A DNA stretch of 62,451 bases, filler included, from Squatina squatina (taxonomy: Eukaryota), in assembly GCA_031763465.1 (NCBI GenBank). It is 3 parts of 2 records of this genome, joined end to end, with 100 filler letters (N's around TTAATTAATTAA, not from the genome) between each part and the next. Parts side by side here need not be neighbours in the genome. Positions count along the whole stretch, not along the records: positions 18,725 to 45,620 come from JARFOE010000080.1; 2 more parts are not named here. One strand, 5' to 3'. The notes below the pieces were generated by a model. It was not told the DNA's origin and made no database searches. It worked only from the letters and a program-made list of their open reading frames with translations. Within the stretch, counting starts at the first letter, position 1. Every line of letters begins with the position of its first letter. A program made the position numbers and the translations under genes. Shown in pieces: positions 25,055-38,850 of this stretch.

Positions 25055-26035
25055 CAAGAACAGAAGCAACTTGCATTTATAACACCTTTCATGTAGAAAA
25101 ATGACCAAAGTGATTCACAGAGGTGTACTGTAAAATGGGTAGTGAGTCGAAAAGGAAAGATTGGGATCCATTACCAAACGTTTTGTCAAAGAGGTAAATT
25201 TTAAGCAATGTCTTAAGTGAGGAGAATGAAGGACTTAGGGAGAGAATTCCAGATCATGGGGCTGAGGCGGCTAAAGGCACAGCTGTCAATGGTGGGGCAA
25301 AGGGAGGGGAGAGGAACAAGATGACAGAGTGAGAGGAACAGAGTGCTTGTGTTGGGGGAGGGGAATAGTAGAGCTGGAAGAAGTTGGAGAGATAGGCAGA
25401 GGAGAGACCATGGAGTGATTTAAACATATGGATGAGATTTTAAAATTTGAGATGTTGGGGGACTGAGGACCATTACAGATTTTTGAATTTGAGATGTTTG
25501 GCACATGGTGATGGACAAGTAGGACTTAGTGAGGGACAGGATACAGGCAGCAGAGTTTTGGATAAGCTAATGTTTATAGAGGATGGAGGATGGGAGGGTG
25601 GCCAGGAGATCATTGGAGCAATGGATGAGAATTTCAGCAGAAGATGGGCTAAGATAGGGAGAAGATATAGGGTCAGAAATTCAGGTCAGGATTGTTTAGA
25701 CACCAAGGTTGCAAATAGTATGGTTCAGTCTGAGACAGTAGTCAGCAAGATAGGATGGAGCTGATGGTGAAGACCTAGATTTGTGATGGGGTCAAAGACG
25801 ATGGCTTCAGTCTTCTCAATGTTCAGTTAGATGATATTATGCCATATACAAGACGAGAGAAACAACTTGACAGTATAGAAGCAGTGGATATCTTGAGGGA
25901 GGTAGTAGAGAGATAGGTCTGGATGTCATCAGCAATCATATGGAAGGTGACAACATGTAAATTATGTCATCAAGGGGCAGCATGTAGATGAGGAAGGGAG
26001 GGGGCCAAGGAATCTTTTGGAAACACTGGAGGTGA
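25055..26035 (-). mobile_element. Decayed L2 LINE 3' portion
   Basis: Begins with the reverse complement of the L2/DeuSINE-type tail (aacttgcatttata..acctttca), followed by purine-rich antisense L2 RT sequence including YADD-like gtcatcagc near 25925. Confidence 0.65.
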
Positions 26036-29000
26036 TGGAAAGTGACAGATTTACATGCAGCAAAACCTTGCTACTACATTTTTCATTGTAATAAACTCTA
26101 CAATCCCAGTGGAAATTTAGTATAATCAGTGGAAGAGTTTGAGAGCAGGAATTTCCACAGCAATTTTTCCATTTTAATGGCATTAGCGGACAGGCAGGGC
26201 ATGGAAAATCAGTCAGAGAGCCATTCCACTAGCTCTGTGCTGATTGCTGGCACTTCTGNNNNNNNNNNNNNNNNNNNNNNNNNNNNNNNNNNNNNNNNNN
26301 NNNNNNNNNNNNNNNNNNNNNNNNNNNNNNNNNNNNNNNNNNNNNNNNNNNNNNNNNNTTTAATGCTATGATGCTCTGAGGAATCTTCTCTCTCCAAGAA
26401 TAGATCAAAGATCATTAGTTTGGAAGTGAGTAAACAGCCTGTTTTTTTTAACTACCCACCCGCGCAGTTTACAACAGGCAGTTAGGATTAAAATCAACCC
26501 CAGAGCTGCAGCAAACCATATGGCAGCAGGCAGGGGCCCTGTTACTGCAGATTGTGTTATGAAGGTGAAGGGGGCCTTTCTGTTGTCAACCTCCCTGATG
26601 AGTTTTACAGCAGTTGCATTCCACTATCCAGCATACTGAGAATATGTACAAACCAGTCACAATGCCCGGGACCATAGAGGTAGTTTATTTATTTAACCTA
26701 TTGTCATTCCCCTTTTGCCTCCCTGGGTTGTTCTATAAGCAGAGAGGGCGCGTAGAGAGGATGTAACAACGCATTGTGCTACAGAGCCCAGTTGCCACTC
26801 AACAGCATTATCAAACATGCAGCCTTTTAGCAGGTACCTCTGCTGTTCGCATTGCTGAGAGGACCAGCAATTCTGTGGAGAGCCGAGGTGACTTGTGCTC
26901 AGGTTTTTGTTTTCTCCCTTTGTGGTCTCTGCATTTACCCTGACAGCAAGACTGAGACTGGGACTCACTATGTGACAAAATAAACCTGCATCCGAACACT
27001 GTGTGCACTACTTCTCCATATTAATGTGCTACAAAGCCATGCACTTACAGCTTGATTTCTTCATAAACAAGATTTTCCTTCTTTCCAATTAACAGTTGAT
27101 GTGATCACAAATACTTCTGGAAAATAATAGTAATTGAGTAATCATCATAATAAAAGTATCACATTTATTGTAATATAACTCTGTTAAAAAGAAGTTTTGA
27201 CAAACATTTAATGCCATGCACCCATTTTATATCCATTGCAGTAGTTATGGGTATTTATGAAGACATAAATATTCAGACTGAGCAGTACATACACAACGAT
27301 AAAAAAAACAGACTTAATTTGTGCAATGATTTGTTTACACAGATATTTTTAAAAACATATACAAAATGCTATAACAAAGTGGGTGAGCAGCACAGTCATA
27401 GGTTAGTATGACACTTAACACAGTCAAAGTTTATTACCCAAAGGCAATCGTTTGTGTGAACTAATTGCCTCCCTTCAGAAGTTTAGAGGATGGTTCTTTT
27501 TTCTGAAATGAAAAAGGGGGCGGGAGAACATTAATCACAAATATGCAAATACAGACAAAATATCCTGTTCAATCACAGTCGGCAGCTTTAACTTGTTCCG
27601 CATGCTTCTTGCTGCACATCAGACCCACAAGAAGATATTGTTCACGCATAGAAAAGCATAGAATAAAATAAGGGTCGCTGGCCGAGAGGATGAACTAAGG
27701 GGAAGTGTTCTCTTTTATCGGCCATTTAACCGTGAGTGGTTTCTGTGATATTTCCTTTTGTTTCTGCTCTAAATATTTGAAAAGTCTATTTTTTTGCTAC
27801 CACTTTAAATGTAGCTGGAATGTAATGTTTTGGCAGACACTGTAAACCCGTTCAGATTATTTAAACATGGAATGCTGAGAAAAAAGCTGTTTTTCTTGGC
27901 TTTTTCCTCCAAATGTAGGAGCTGTGACAGAAGAAGGATTATGGTCTACAGTGACAGGACCATAGCACCGAAGTTAATTCAATACTACAGTACCTCATGT
28001 GTGGAAACAGATACAGAATGACTGACACTTATATTTGATCAGCATTGCTATATTTCAATGTGCTGTATGTAGTATGATTTATTGAAAAATGCTGGGTATA
28101 TTTTTGGGAATTTAAAAAAGCCAGTATCTTAAAGTATTGAGTCAGAATGTGCCCTAGAATTTTAAACTGTATTTTTGCCCTTTTTAATACTTGGTCTCAT
28201 GCTCGACCTCTCACACGCATATTGGCCACAAACCAACTCAGTATTGTGTGTGCCTTTGTAATACCTTACAAATCATCATTATTTTAATACATAGTTTTAT
28301 AAAAATACATTATGCAAAGGAGGATCATTGTCATTTTAAAAAGGAAANNNNNNNNNNNNNNNNNNNNNNNNNNNNNNNNNNNNNNNNNNNNNNNNNNNNN
28401 NNNNNNNNNNNNNNNNNNNNNNNNNNNNNNNNNNNNNNNNNNNNNNNNNNNNNNNNNNNNNNNNNNNNNNNNNTATCCTCTACAAGGGCAGTCATTCTAG
28501 TCTTACGTACCTGCCCTGCACTCCTATCCCTTTATCCCCCTTTCCTTCAATCACCCATCTAACCTATTCTTTAAGTGTTGACGTGGTATTTGCTTCAATC
28601 ACTAACTGCAGTAGTAAGTAAACCACTTTCATAGCATTATATTTTCCAAATGGGGGTCCAAACTGCATACTGTCACACACACTGGCTGAGAAACATGTCA
28701 AGACAATATGTCTTGTAGTTTTATAAAGTGTACTCTCCTGTCTGCATGCACCTGGAGTCCAGATCCAGTCAGTTCAGCAAAGCTTCCAAAGACCAATCTA
28801 CAACCACCCCCCACCACCCCCCATCCCCACCCCCACCAAACCCTCACCCCACCACAGGTAACAATTGGTCTGCAGTTTTAAATTATTATCTTAGCAAGCA
28901 CAGTCCCAAGAGTGTCAGGTTACTTCATTTAAAAAAGAAAGTTGAACACCAGTTAGTAAATACAAACTAATCACCACCTTATTTTTAAAGCATGATTAAA

Positions 29001-30385
29001 ATGTTACTTACAATTTGTTTAAGCAGACTGTAGGTACATTTATTTCTGAAATAAAATTACTTTAAATAGCCCCTAACTTTACTGTTGTTGCAACAGCCAC
29101 TTGTCCTGAAAACTGACCATATGTGGAAAGATTCCTATCAAAACCAACCATGCTTTTTGCTTAAATGACGTAAAAAAAAAGCTAGATGATTACCTGGTTA
29201 AGAATAATGACGTCTGTAAAGATAAGTGTAGATAGATGACCAATAATCTATGGATCACTGTGATCTCAGTCGTGCTGAAATTATTGAAATACCATCTACG
29301 CAAGGTAGCTGATCAGCAATGAATACTGTGAATTGTAATGTTGGACTGACATCTTGGAGCCATTGCTTGATTAACTTTTGAATAATGGAGAAATTTGAAA
29401 GACTCATCTTCTTGTACGCTTTACCTTCACATCCATCAGGAGATTAAAGGAATACTTTTCTGTGGCTCTACTGCTGGTTGGAGCCTTGCTAGATACCATC
29501 ATGGGCCAGAGATAGATCTATAACACTATAGTCCCTATTCTCTGACCTATGCTTGCCATTAGTGAGGCTCCGTGCCAGTAGTAGTGCCTTGCAAAATTGC
29601 TCTCTGTGTCAAGTGAAGTGGATGATAGTGTAAATTGCAAACAGCTTATTGGAAGTAATGGGCTCGATAGGAAAATGGATATTTCTTAATGTTCTTTCAT
29701 ATTCTTTCTCCCTTCCCTCTCCCTCTCACTCCCTATCCCTTTCTCGCCCTCCCTTTTCCTCCCACACTTTCTCTCGCATTTCATGTTAGTTCTACCATTT
29801 CTTATTTGAATTAGTCTTCACTGCTGTAGAAACTCCATGACCTCACTTTCTGCTCAGATCACTAGATCACCGCATTCCCCTGCAAATCACTAAATTTAAA
29901 AAGATGAGATATGTCCCCAGACATTTGATTTATGTGAGGTGATAGAAAATATTAAATTATGTTCTGTGCTTACTCGTTCCCGGGAAAGGAGTACTTCAAA
30001 AGTAAGAGCACAAATTTATAATTCTGTTTCAAATTGTTATTTTTAATCTACATTTGTATCAATAGAATTATGCATGAGACGGTGTGGATCGCTTTGCTTA
30101 TTGTTCTTGTGAAGTGACATAAGTCATGAATGAGACCTTCCTCACTCATGGGCCACGATTTTGCCAACGGAGGCGAGATTGGAGCGGCCAGCATTGGTGG
30201 AGTGTGGGTGTACACTCTCCCAGCTCCGCCCGCCCACCCCCGACGATCTTACCACGATTGGCCTTGTTAAGCCCGCTGTAAGGGCNNNNNNNNNNNNNNN
30301 NNNNNNNNNNNNNNNNNNNNNNNNNNNNNNNNNNNNNNNNNNNNNNNNNNNNNNNNNNNNNNNNNNNNNNNNNNNNNNNNNNNNN

Positions 30386-30835
30386 GGTGGAGCCCATCCC
30401 AATGGTACAGTTCCTTCCTGTTCCAACACTGGTACCACTGCCCCAGAAATGGAACCCCCGTTTCCCACACCACTCCTTGAGCCACCTGTTCCCCTCCCTA
30501 ATCAGCTTATAATCCAGAGATTATAACCCTTGAGGTCCTGTTCTTTAATTTAGCTCCTGGTTCCTGATACTCCCCAAACTGGACTTCTTGCCTACTCTTC
30601 CCTATGTTGTTGGTCCTAACATGGGCCATAATGACTGGATCCTCCCCCTCCCCCGCCCAAAATCCTTTCAAGCTGGTTCAAGATGTCCCTCACCCTGCCA
30701 CCACATAGACAACATACCAAGTGGGGCTCTCAATCTTGCTTACAAAGGATGCTATCTCCCCCAAATTATTGAATCCCTTACAACCACATTAGATTTCCCC
30801 TCCTCCTCCCCCTTTTGGAGCAGTAGGGTGCCCTA
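30386..30835 (-). mobile_element. CR1 ORF1 SGNH-esterase-like fragment
   Basis: VVVRDSII..., HVRTNNIG, and FLGQWYQCWNRKELYHWDGLH (GDS / GxND / DGLH blocks). Confidence 0.7.
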
Positions 30836-33354
30836 AGTGCCATGGTCCGCATTACGGCTGTCCTTCCGACAGTTTTTATCCTTATCTTCACAGGTAGCAA
30901 ATACATTGTACCTGTTGAAAAGGATGTTTCAGTGGATCCTTGTTCTCTATCTCACCTGGGATCCTCTTATTCTGCACATTATCAATCACACCAACTTCAT
31001 TCTGAACCTGCATCTCTGAGGTGTGAGCGAAGTATGGAGCAAACAGTCCAGCTACTCCTCCCCCTCCCTCATGCGTTGTCTCCAACTCGCACTCCAGCTC
31101 TGACTCCGAGCTGGAGNNNNNNNNNNNNNNNNNNNNNNNNNNNNNNNNNNNNNNNNNNNNNNNNNNNNNNNNNNNNNNNNNNNNNNNNNNNNNNNNNNNN
31201 NNNNNNNNNNNNNNNNTCTAGGCAAAAAAAAACCATGAAAGACTATTTGAACCTTCTTTTCATCCGAGTGTATCTCCCAGAAAGTTGGTTCCATGGCACA
31301 AAGCAAAATTCTGTTTAAAAGTTCATCTTGGTATAATGTTATGGATTTTAACAAAAGCAAACTCCATCTGTTTTTCATAATAATGTTGCTCCAACCTCTG
31401 GGGAAGAGATCTCGCTGGAACACCTGCTGCAGTATGATCTGTTCTGCAGAAAGGATGACAGCGACTTTACAAAGCAATCTGTTCCTGGCCATTTCAAGGC
31501 CTGAGCCATTACTCAAACACTCCAAAAATACCTCCAAATATCTAATAAACGGGTCTCACTGTAATAACCGTACAATTTTCAGTTCAGGCAAGGAAGGCGA
31601 ATTCTTAAAAATAATATTGAATTACTATATAATTTATATTTTGACTATGATAGATCTTCTTCTGTTGCTGAGAGCCCCACAGAAAGTATGTGCTTGTGAG
31701 TGGTGTATATAGAGGATGTCACACAGCCGAGTGTTTCTCATTAAAGTCAGCGAGCCTTATATTTTGAGTAGAAGGAAGGCATCACATAGAAATTCTTTTC
31801 TGAATAAAGTTAGATTGCTGGAAGTACCTGGCCTGTATAACAAGTAACCCACTTGTTGAATGGCCAGTGTTTTTGATATGAAATACAGCTTTGGGGACAT
31901 CTGTTGGACTGTAGTGGTTTTATGTGCATTTTGGTTGCAGAATGTACCAGCGGNNNNNNNNNNNNNNNNNNNNNNNNNNNNNNNNNNNNNNNNNNNNNNN
32001 NNNNNNNNNNNNNNNNNNNNNNNNNNNNNNNNNNNNNNNNNNNNNNNNNNNNNCTTCCTGACTGCACTCATTCATCCATTTCCGTGCCTCTCTGTTGAAT
32101 CGTATCTTTTCAGCTATCTAATATTTCTTACAAATTGAAGGTGTTCAAGATAGGTTTGAGAACATTTCTTTGTCACATAGCAAACAGCACTGATTGTAAA
32201 ATATGTGATATTGTTAGCCCTAGCCAGTGTTGATGCCTTGTGAATGTTGCAATGATAAACACAACATAACTTTCAACAAATAACATGATAGGCACATTAT
32301 GATACCCTCAAGAAGAAAATCTTAAAAGGAATTATGACTGGGGTGAAAAAGGAAGGCTCTCAGATCTCTCTGATTTGCACTGGTTGTGCAGTAATTCTAG
32401 ATCTGAAAACCAAGAAGCCGTGCAATAAATGAACCTTTCTATTGGATACCCCCAAGGTATTACAAAGTAATAAATTACCTGTGAGAAGATTGTTGTATTG
32501 TGACCCAGCCTTTTTTTCAAATTAATCCTGGCATGTGTGAAACATTAGCAATCTAGATTTCATCCAGTCACACAATGTCACAGCAGAAAGTAACAGCAGG
32601 CAGGAACACTTCAACAAATTGTTTCAAAGGAGCTGGGTGAAGGGGGCATAAATAAAATACCCAAACTCCTGACAATGTCAACCTTTAGCTCATACAGATA
32701 TCAAACACATGTGTTTTTCAAATCAAAGGCACTGTGCTGCTAATGATGAGCCATTAGCTTGCTCTGTTTAAAATAGAAGTCATATGATTGTATTTTGGAT
32801 TTGTTTCTATGCTGTCAAATGGAAACATTGGCATGATACCAAAAACTATCTTATGCAAGTTTTGGCAAGCTTTCAAAAAAAATATTTTCATGGGTTAACA
32901 CAATACAATTCATGTAATATTTAATATCTTCTGGCTCCTGAATACCTCCCACAGCTATTGTGCTCCCCATGCATATCAAAGAAGCGTAAACAAAAAGAAT
33001 TTCTGCACTCATTTTTGATATTTGAACTTGCGCCATTACGCTGGAAACTAATGTCATTTATTTAATTAAAAATGATTGGAACTCAGAGATACTGGAGGGC
33101 CCTTTCCCAGTGATGATGTTAAGGCTTTTCAAACATGTTTATAATGGTAATCGTGTACTCCTGCGACCAAGCAAATCAGCAGTAAATCAAGATATCTGAT
33201 CAAATAGTAGTGGAAATTATTCAAGTTTATTTACTGAGGGGTAAGAGCTGCTTAGCTTGTGGAAATGATGTGATTATTATACTGGGTAGCAAGAAAGGGC
33301 AGAAAGTGGTAACCAAGGCTAAACACCAGGTTCAGCATTCTCTGTAACAGCTTA

Positions 33355-33475
33355 CGTAGAATTACAGAGAATTGACAGCACAGAATCAGGCCATTCACCC
33401 CAACTAGTCCATGCTGGTGTGTATGCTCCACACGAGCTTCCTTCCACCCCACTTCATCTAACTCTATTAGCATAA
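33355..33475 (-). mobile_element. CR1-type 3' end fragment
   Basis: Reverse-complement match to the plus-strand tail at about 59115-59210 (gatgaag.tgggtgggaggaggctc.tgtg). Confidence 0.6.
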
Positions 33476-36400
33476 CTGGTCACATATGTAACAGAATACT
33501 GCACATAAAAAAAGAAATGGTAAGATACATCTTCATGAACTCACAAGGACAGCTAAGAATTAATTGTACATATACAATTGCTTTAAAGTGTGATCCCAAC
33601 CTTTGAGCAACTGCACAGGTGCTTTCTTATATATATGCAGTTACTTCAATGCAGTGTTGTGAACTTCAGTGTTGCCCTGAAGTGTAAACTGGGCAAATTC
33701 AGAATGCCAATAGAGATGATATATTGTGGAACCAATAGGCAGATAATCAAGTTTGCCAACAGCAAGGGACCACTCAGTGTTAACTATTATGAAAAGCATC
33801 ATAATTAATATATAAAAGTACACAGAACTACAGATTACTGCTGCCAAATAAGAACATAAGAATTAGGAGCAGGAGTAGGCCATTCAGCCCCTCGAGCCNN
33901 NNNNNNNNNNNNNNNNNNNNNNNNNNNNNNNNNNNNNNNNNNNNNNNNNNNNNNNNNNNNNNNNNNNNNNNNNNNNNNNNNNNNNNNNNNNNNNNNNNGG
34001 CGGGGGGGGGGGGGGGTGTGGTGGGGAGAAGGAGATAGAGAGAGAAAGGTTAGAGTCACACATCAGGTGCAGGAAGTGTGTGAGGAAGATCACAGTTACA
34101 ATGGTGGGTGGAAAACTGATATGCAGTAACTATAGTAACTTTTTGGTACATTTACAATCCAAAAGGATGTGTCTAAGAAGGCATTGTACTTTGACAGAGA
34201 TAATTTAATGTGAGTAATTGTGTCACCGGCCCTTCATTAATTATTCTATAAACTCTCTTCTTCCTAGCTGGTGGAAGACAAAGGATTTTGCTCTGATCCA
34301 TAATCATGTCTCGAATTAATAATCAGTAGAAACTGATCATTGTTTTCCTGCTGTGTGATATAAATTTATACGGCTTATTGAATAAGTTATGCAAATCATT
34401 GCAACCTCTCATTTTCTTCAGTTGCTTTGCATTTTATTGATTCTTGCCCAGCATCTTTCAGTTCCGACTGACGAATGGATATTCGTAAATCTCCTATTAC
34501 TTTGCACCATAGATTCAGTTTGAGCCAGCCTGATTTTGAAAAGACAGAACTGCACAAACTACCCTGTACCACAAGGTGGAACTATAGCTACACTGTGGTT
34601 GGGAGATTATTTGGGTTCTCGAGTGACGAACATCCAATAGTCTGCTGTTTTGCCATGAAAAAGCTCAGCTAAATATACAGAATGAGGTCATGTTTATGGG
34701 CTCACTAAAGCTTCCATTTTCTGTTGCAAGGCATTGCAATTTTATCATGCAAGGGTAGATTTGTTCTTGTCCAACCTTAAGGAACAGGCAGCTCAATAAA
34801 GAGAAAGAAAAGGTATCCTCATCTCTGTGAAGGAGTAATGTTATTTTATAGTTGACCTGGCCATTTTACCTCTATCCCAGGTGCACCCGCCTCTCTCCAC
34901 CCTGCTTCAGGCCCAGGTAAGATTGGCAGAGCCTATTTATTATGTCCATTACTCAATCATGTGATATTGGGGTGACAGGCTCTCACTGAAGGTGGATGGG
35001 CACATACAGCTACTGTCTACCTAACTTGTCTTGNNNNNNNNNNNNNNNNNNNNNNNNNNNNNNNNNNNNNNNNNNNNNNNNNNNNNNNNNNNNNNNNNNN
35101 NNNNNNNNNNNNNNNNNNNNNNNNNNNNNNNNNAATAGCATTTTAATGACTGTTTTCCCTGAATATATATTCAACCAATTAAGGATATGTTTTGTTTACA
35201 AAGTGATTCTGTATAAGGTCATTGTATAACTTTACTGTGTGTAAAATGCAAGTTCATAGCAAAATGAAATTCCTACAAAGTGTAATATATTCTTTATAGT
35301 ATATCTGGGTATATTTTCTTCCATTTGTTGTTAGCAAAGGGATCAGTGGGAGTATAAAATGAGTTTCTGTTTCACTAAAATTAGTGATGGAAAAAATATA
35401 CCTCAGGAAAAAAACTATCTGTATTTGCACAAAATGTAAACTTTTAGGTCATTATGTATTTAGTTTTTTTTAGTGTGTTTAAACAAAAATGGCCTGAATC
35501 TAATGCCTTTTGACTTTTCCCATAACCCTTATATATGCAATCGCAAATCACAAGACTTTCTATATTTAGATCATGTGAGAGCTGGCAGGAGCTTCAGCCT
35601 TGACCTGGTGCATGGAACTCTCCATCTATATCACATTCCAGAATTCTGGGGAAACATTACTAATGGCTACAACACGCAGCAGCAAGCTCCACAATGAATA
35701 CACAAGTGAATTTAGGGACAAATAACTTTTATAACAGATGGCATTTTTCAATAGGATTGTTGCAGGGGAATCAGTCAGAACTTTGATATGAGATAAATGG
35801 CTGTGCCGACAGACATATGTGATCATGCAACATATCTGGAGTGTATTTACTCAATCTTTTCCCGGAAATGAACACTAAGAAATTCTCTGCCTGTTTGTAG
35901 TCTCTTTATTCAAAGTATATTGACAGCTGTGTGTTCTCTATCCAAACCCCGCTGGTTGAAATTTTGCTTTGAGCAGATTTTTTTCTTGTGTAACTTCTCA
36001 GTCAATACCCCTAGTTTCTACAGATGGAACGCATCTTTTGTTGGATTCGTTGTTTCGACTGAATTATGTACTGTTATCATCAGTAAAGTACTCTTATTTA
36101 TATCTATACTTTAGCTGTCATGAAAAAGATACCAAACTATGGTCCACTAGTTTAAGCAATGCGGAACATTAATCTCCAAAGTAGGGGACCGTAAGTTCAA
36201 GTTTCAACTTTAACTGTTATTTGAACTCATCTGCTTTTATTCAGTATCAGTGAGGATTATGTGTGTGTTTCTGGGCTGCCATGATATTGGTCTCTACTCG
36301 GCTGTGTTGTGTCATGTCTTTCATTTCTAAAACTACAGAATATTGTAATGAGCATGACTGTAAATTCTGGCTATGCACAGATGTAAATTCTGCTGTTCAG

Positions 36401-37119
36401 TTGTTAGTTGCCTGGGTAAAGCTCATTCTGTACCAATCACCTTGTGAGAAGATTTCAATCTCTTTGCTATTTGTAGCAAAATTGCAAACGTGAGCATAAA
36501 GAATGACCCTGGTTTTAACTCCCCTTGCCTGATGGGAACTGGGCCGAGGAAGTAGCTAAAATAAGGTCAATCACTTACCCACTCTGATCTTCCCGCCGTG
36601 TCCTGATCTTAATCTGCTATTTTGAGCAGGAGGACAGGACATCTGCAGGAAGGCAGCAGGGTCCTTCTTTAAATATGCAGATTAGATCTGATGATGTCAT
36701 TGGGATCTGATGTGCAATTTTAGTTGGAGGCATTTGGTGGGGGGGAGTAGTGATGGCTTCTCTGTCAGGCAACACCTGCTGGAGGGGGATCATGGGCCAG
36801 AAGAGACACAGCAGGTNNNNNNNNNNTTGGGTCTCCCTTGCACAGGGCTCCCTCTCCTCCCTATCATCGCCTCCAGAGCCCTGCCCCCTCCCCCCACCTC
36901 AACTAACAGCAAGGAAAGCAAACAGATGGTGGTTGTAAGGATGGTGGGACTGTTGATGTATTGGGGAGGGGAGGTTTGGTTCAGGTGAAAGGCTGTTGTA
37001 TTCATTGTTTGCTAAGTACCCTGGCAGTTGGATGGACTGGTGGTCGATGCTGCTCCTGCCCTTCCTTTACTTCTTGCTGCTCTTCCCAATCTTTCTGCCC
37101 AGCTGGTGGTATGGGCTGG

Positions 37120-37602
37120 TCCCTCTGGAGTCTGGATAGCAAAATTATGCAGCATGCAGCATACAACGACAGATTTGGAGACTTGGTCAGGGCTGTCCAG
37201 TAGAGCTCCTCCCAGAACATTCCAGGCAACGGAATTGTTGGAGCACGCCGGTGGTCCACTCAATGAGACTTCTGGTGCCAGCATAGCTCTCATTGTAGGC
37301 ATGCTCCACATCTGTGCACATGTTCTTGACCGGATTCATCAGCCATGTTTGGAAGGGATAGCCCTTATCGCCAAGTAGCAGGCCTCTGGCCTGACCAGGC
37401 TGAAGACACAAGATCAAGAAATCATGGTTGCTGCCAGGATATTAGGCACAGACTTGCATTATGCATTGCCTGTAATCACAAACTAGCTGCACATTGAGGG
37501 AGTGGGATCCCATTCTGCTAAGGAAAAACCAGGCAGGGCAGTATGAGTGCAGTCTATGACCCCTTGAACTCCAGGGAAGCCGGCAATGTGGGTGAAGCTT
37601 AC
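37120..37602 (-). mobile_element. PIF/Harbinger DDE transposase (HARBI1-like) pseudogene fragment
   Basis: FTHIAGFPGVQGVIDCTH, HSLNVQLVCD, YPGSNHD, LLGDKGYP...WLMNP, YNESY..TRSLIE..TGVL..FRCL, CCMLHNFA, with frameshifts and stops. Confidence 0.88.
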
Positions 37603-37605
37603 TGT

Positions 37606-37892
37606 TCTTTCCCATAGTGCTGTTAGGGAGGGAGTTCCAGCATTTTGACTCAGCAACGATGGATGAATGGTGATATATTTCCAAGTCAGGATGATGTGTG
37701 TCTTGGAGGGGAACTTGGAGATGATGGTCTTCCCATGCACTTCCAGCCCTTGTCCTTCTAGATGGTAGTGGGTTTGGGAGGTGCTGCCGAAGAAGCCTTG
37801 GTGAGTTGCTGCAGTGCATCTTGTAGACAGTACTCACTGCAGCCATGATGCGCCGGTGATGGAGGGAGTGATTGTTTAAGGTGGTGGATGGG
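37606..37892 (-). mobile_element. CR1/L2-group LINE ORF2 C-terminal fragment
   Basis: PSTTLNNHSLHHRRIMAAVSTVYKMHCSNSPRLLRQHLP...KCWNSLPNS (L..RR and WNSLP motifs). Confidence 0.75.
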
Positions 37893-38337
37893 TCATATTT
37901 GACCCTGAAATGAGCTTTCGACCACATAGCCGCAGCATAACTAAGACTGTCTATTTCCACCTCTGTAACATTGCCCATCTCCGCCCTTGCCTCAGCTCAA
38001 CCGCTGCTGGAGCCCTCATCCATTATTTTGTTACCTCTAGACTTGACTATTCCAACGCACTCCTGGCTGGCCTCCCACATTCTACCCCACGTAAACTAGA
38101 GGTGATCCAAAACTCGGCTGCCTGTGGCCTAACTCTCACTGAGTCCTGCTCACCCATTACCCCTGTGCTCGCTGACCTACACTGGCTCCTGGTTAAGCCT
38201 CGACTTCAAATTCTCATCCTTGTTTTCAAATCCCTCCATGGCCTCACCCTTCCCTATCTCTCTGATCTCCTCCAGCCCCACAACCCCCTGAGATGTCTGC
38301 GCTCCTTTAATTCTGTCCTCTTAACATCCATTGGTGG
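37893..38337 (+). mobile_element. L2 LINE ORF2 C-terminal fragment
   Basis: FDPEMSFRPH...YFHLCNIAHLRP...LIHYFVTSRLDYSNALLAGLP...IQNSAA...ITPVLADLHWL...VFKSLHGL..PYLSDLL. Confidence 0.9.
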
Positions 38338-38564
38338 NNNNNNNNNNNNNNNNNNNNNNNNNNNNNNNNNNNNNNNNNNNNNNNNNNNNNNNNNNNNNNN
38401 NNNNNNNNNNNNNNNNNNNNNNNNNNNNNNNNNNNNNGGGTAAGTTGCTGCAGCCAATTTAACTGCTCACTACCGGTTTCCACGGGGTGGTCAGGATTAA
38501 AATCATCATTTAGTTGTGGATGAACCAGAATTTACACCAACTGAACATTGGGAAGGAAAGAAGG

Positions 38565-38815
38565 AACTAACTTACATTGATGTAGCGCCTTATTTTGTAG
38601 TCCCAAAGCGCTTAACATACAATGGATGTCTTTTCAAAGTCTAGTGACTTTTCTTATGTCGACAAATATCGCTGCCAATTTATGGCAAGCAAGATCTAAC
38701 AAACAGCAAATCAAATGAGTGACTAATTAATCTGTTTTGATGGTGTTACCCAAAGGAGGAATGTTGACCAGGACATCCTAATTTTCTTCATCGAGCAGTG
38801 CCACAAAATCTTTTG
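38565..38815 (-). mobile_element. Decayed DeuSINE 3' half
   Basis: Reverse-complement similarity to 44450-44670 (gccaattt..g.c.agcaag, tcccaaagcgct). Confidence 0.55.
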
Positions 38816-38850
38816 TTTCCAAGCAACAGTGCCTCTTTTCAAAGTCTTAT

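Noticed and set aside
31052-31712. 161-aa and 139-aa ORFs
   Set aside because: No recognisable motifs or splice support; the longer one is inflated by Ns.
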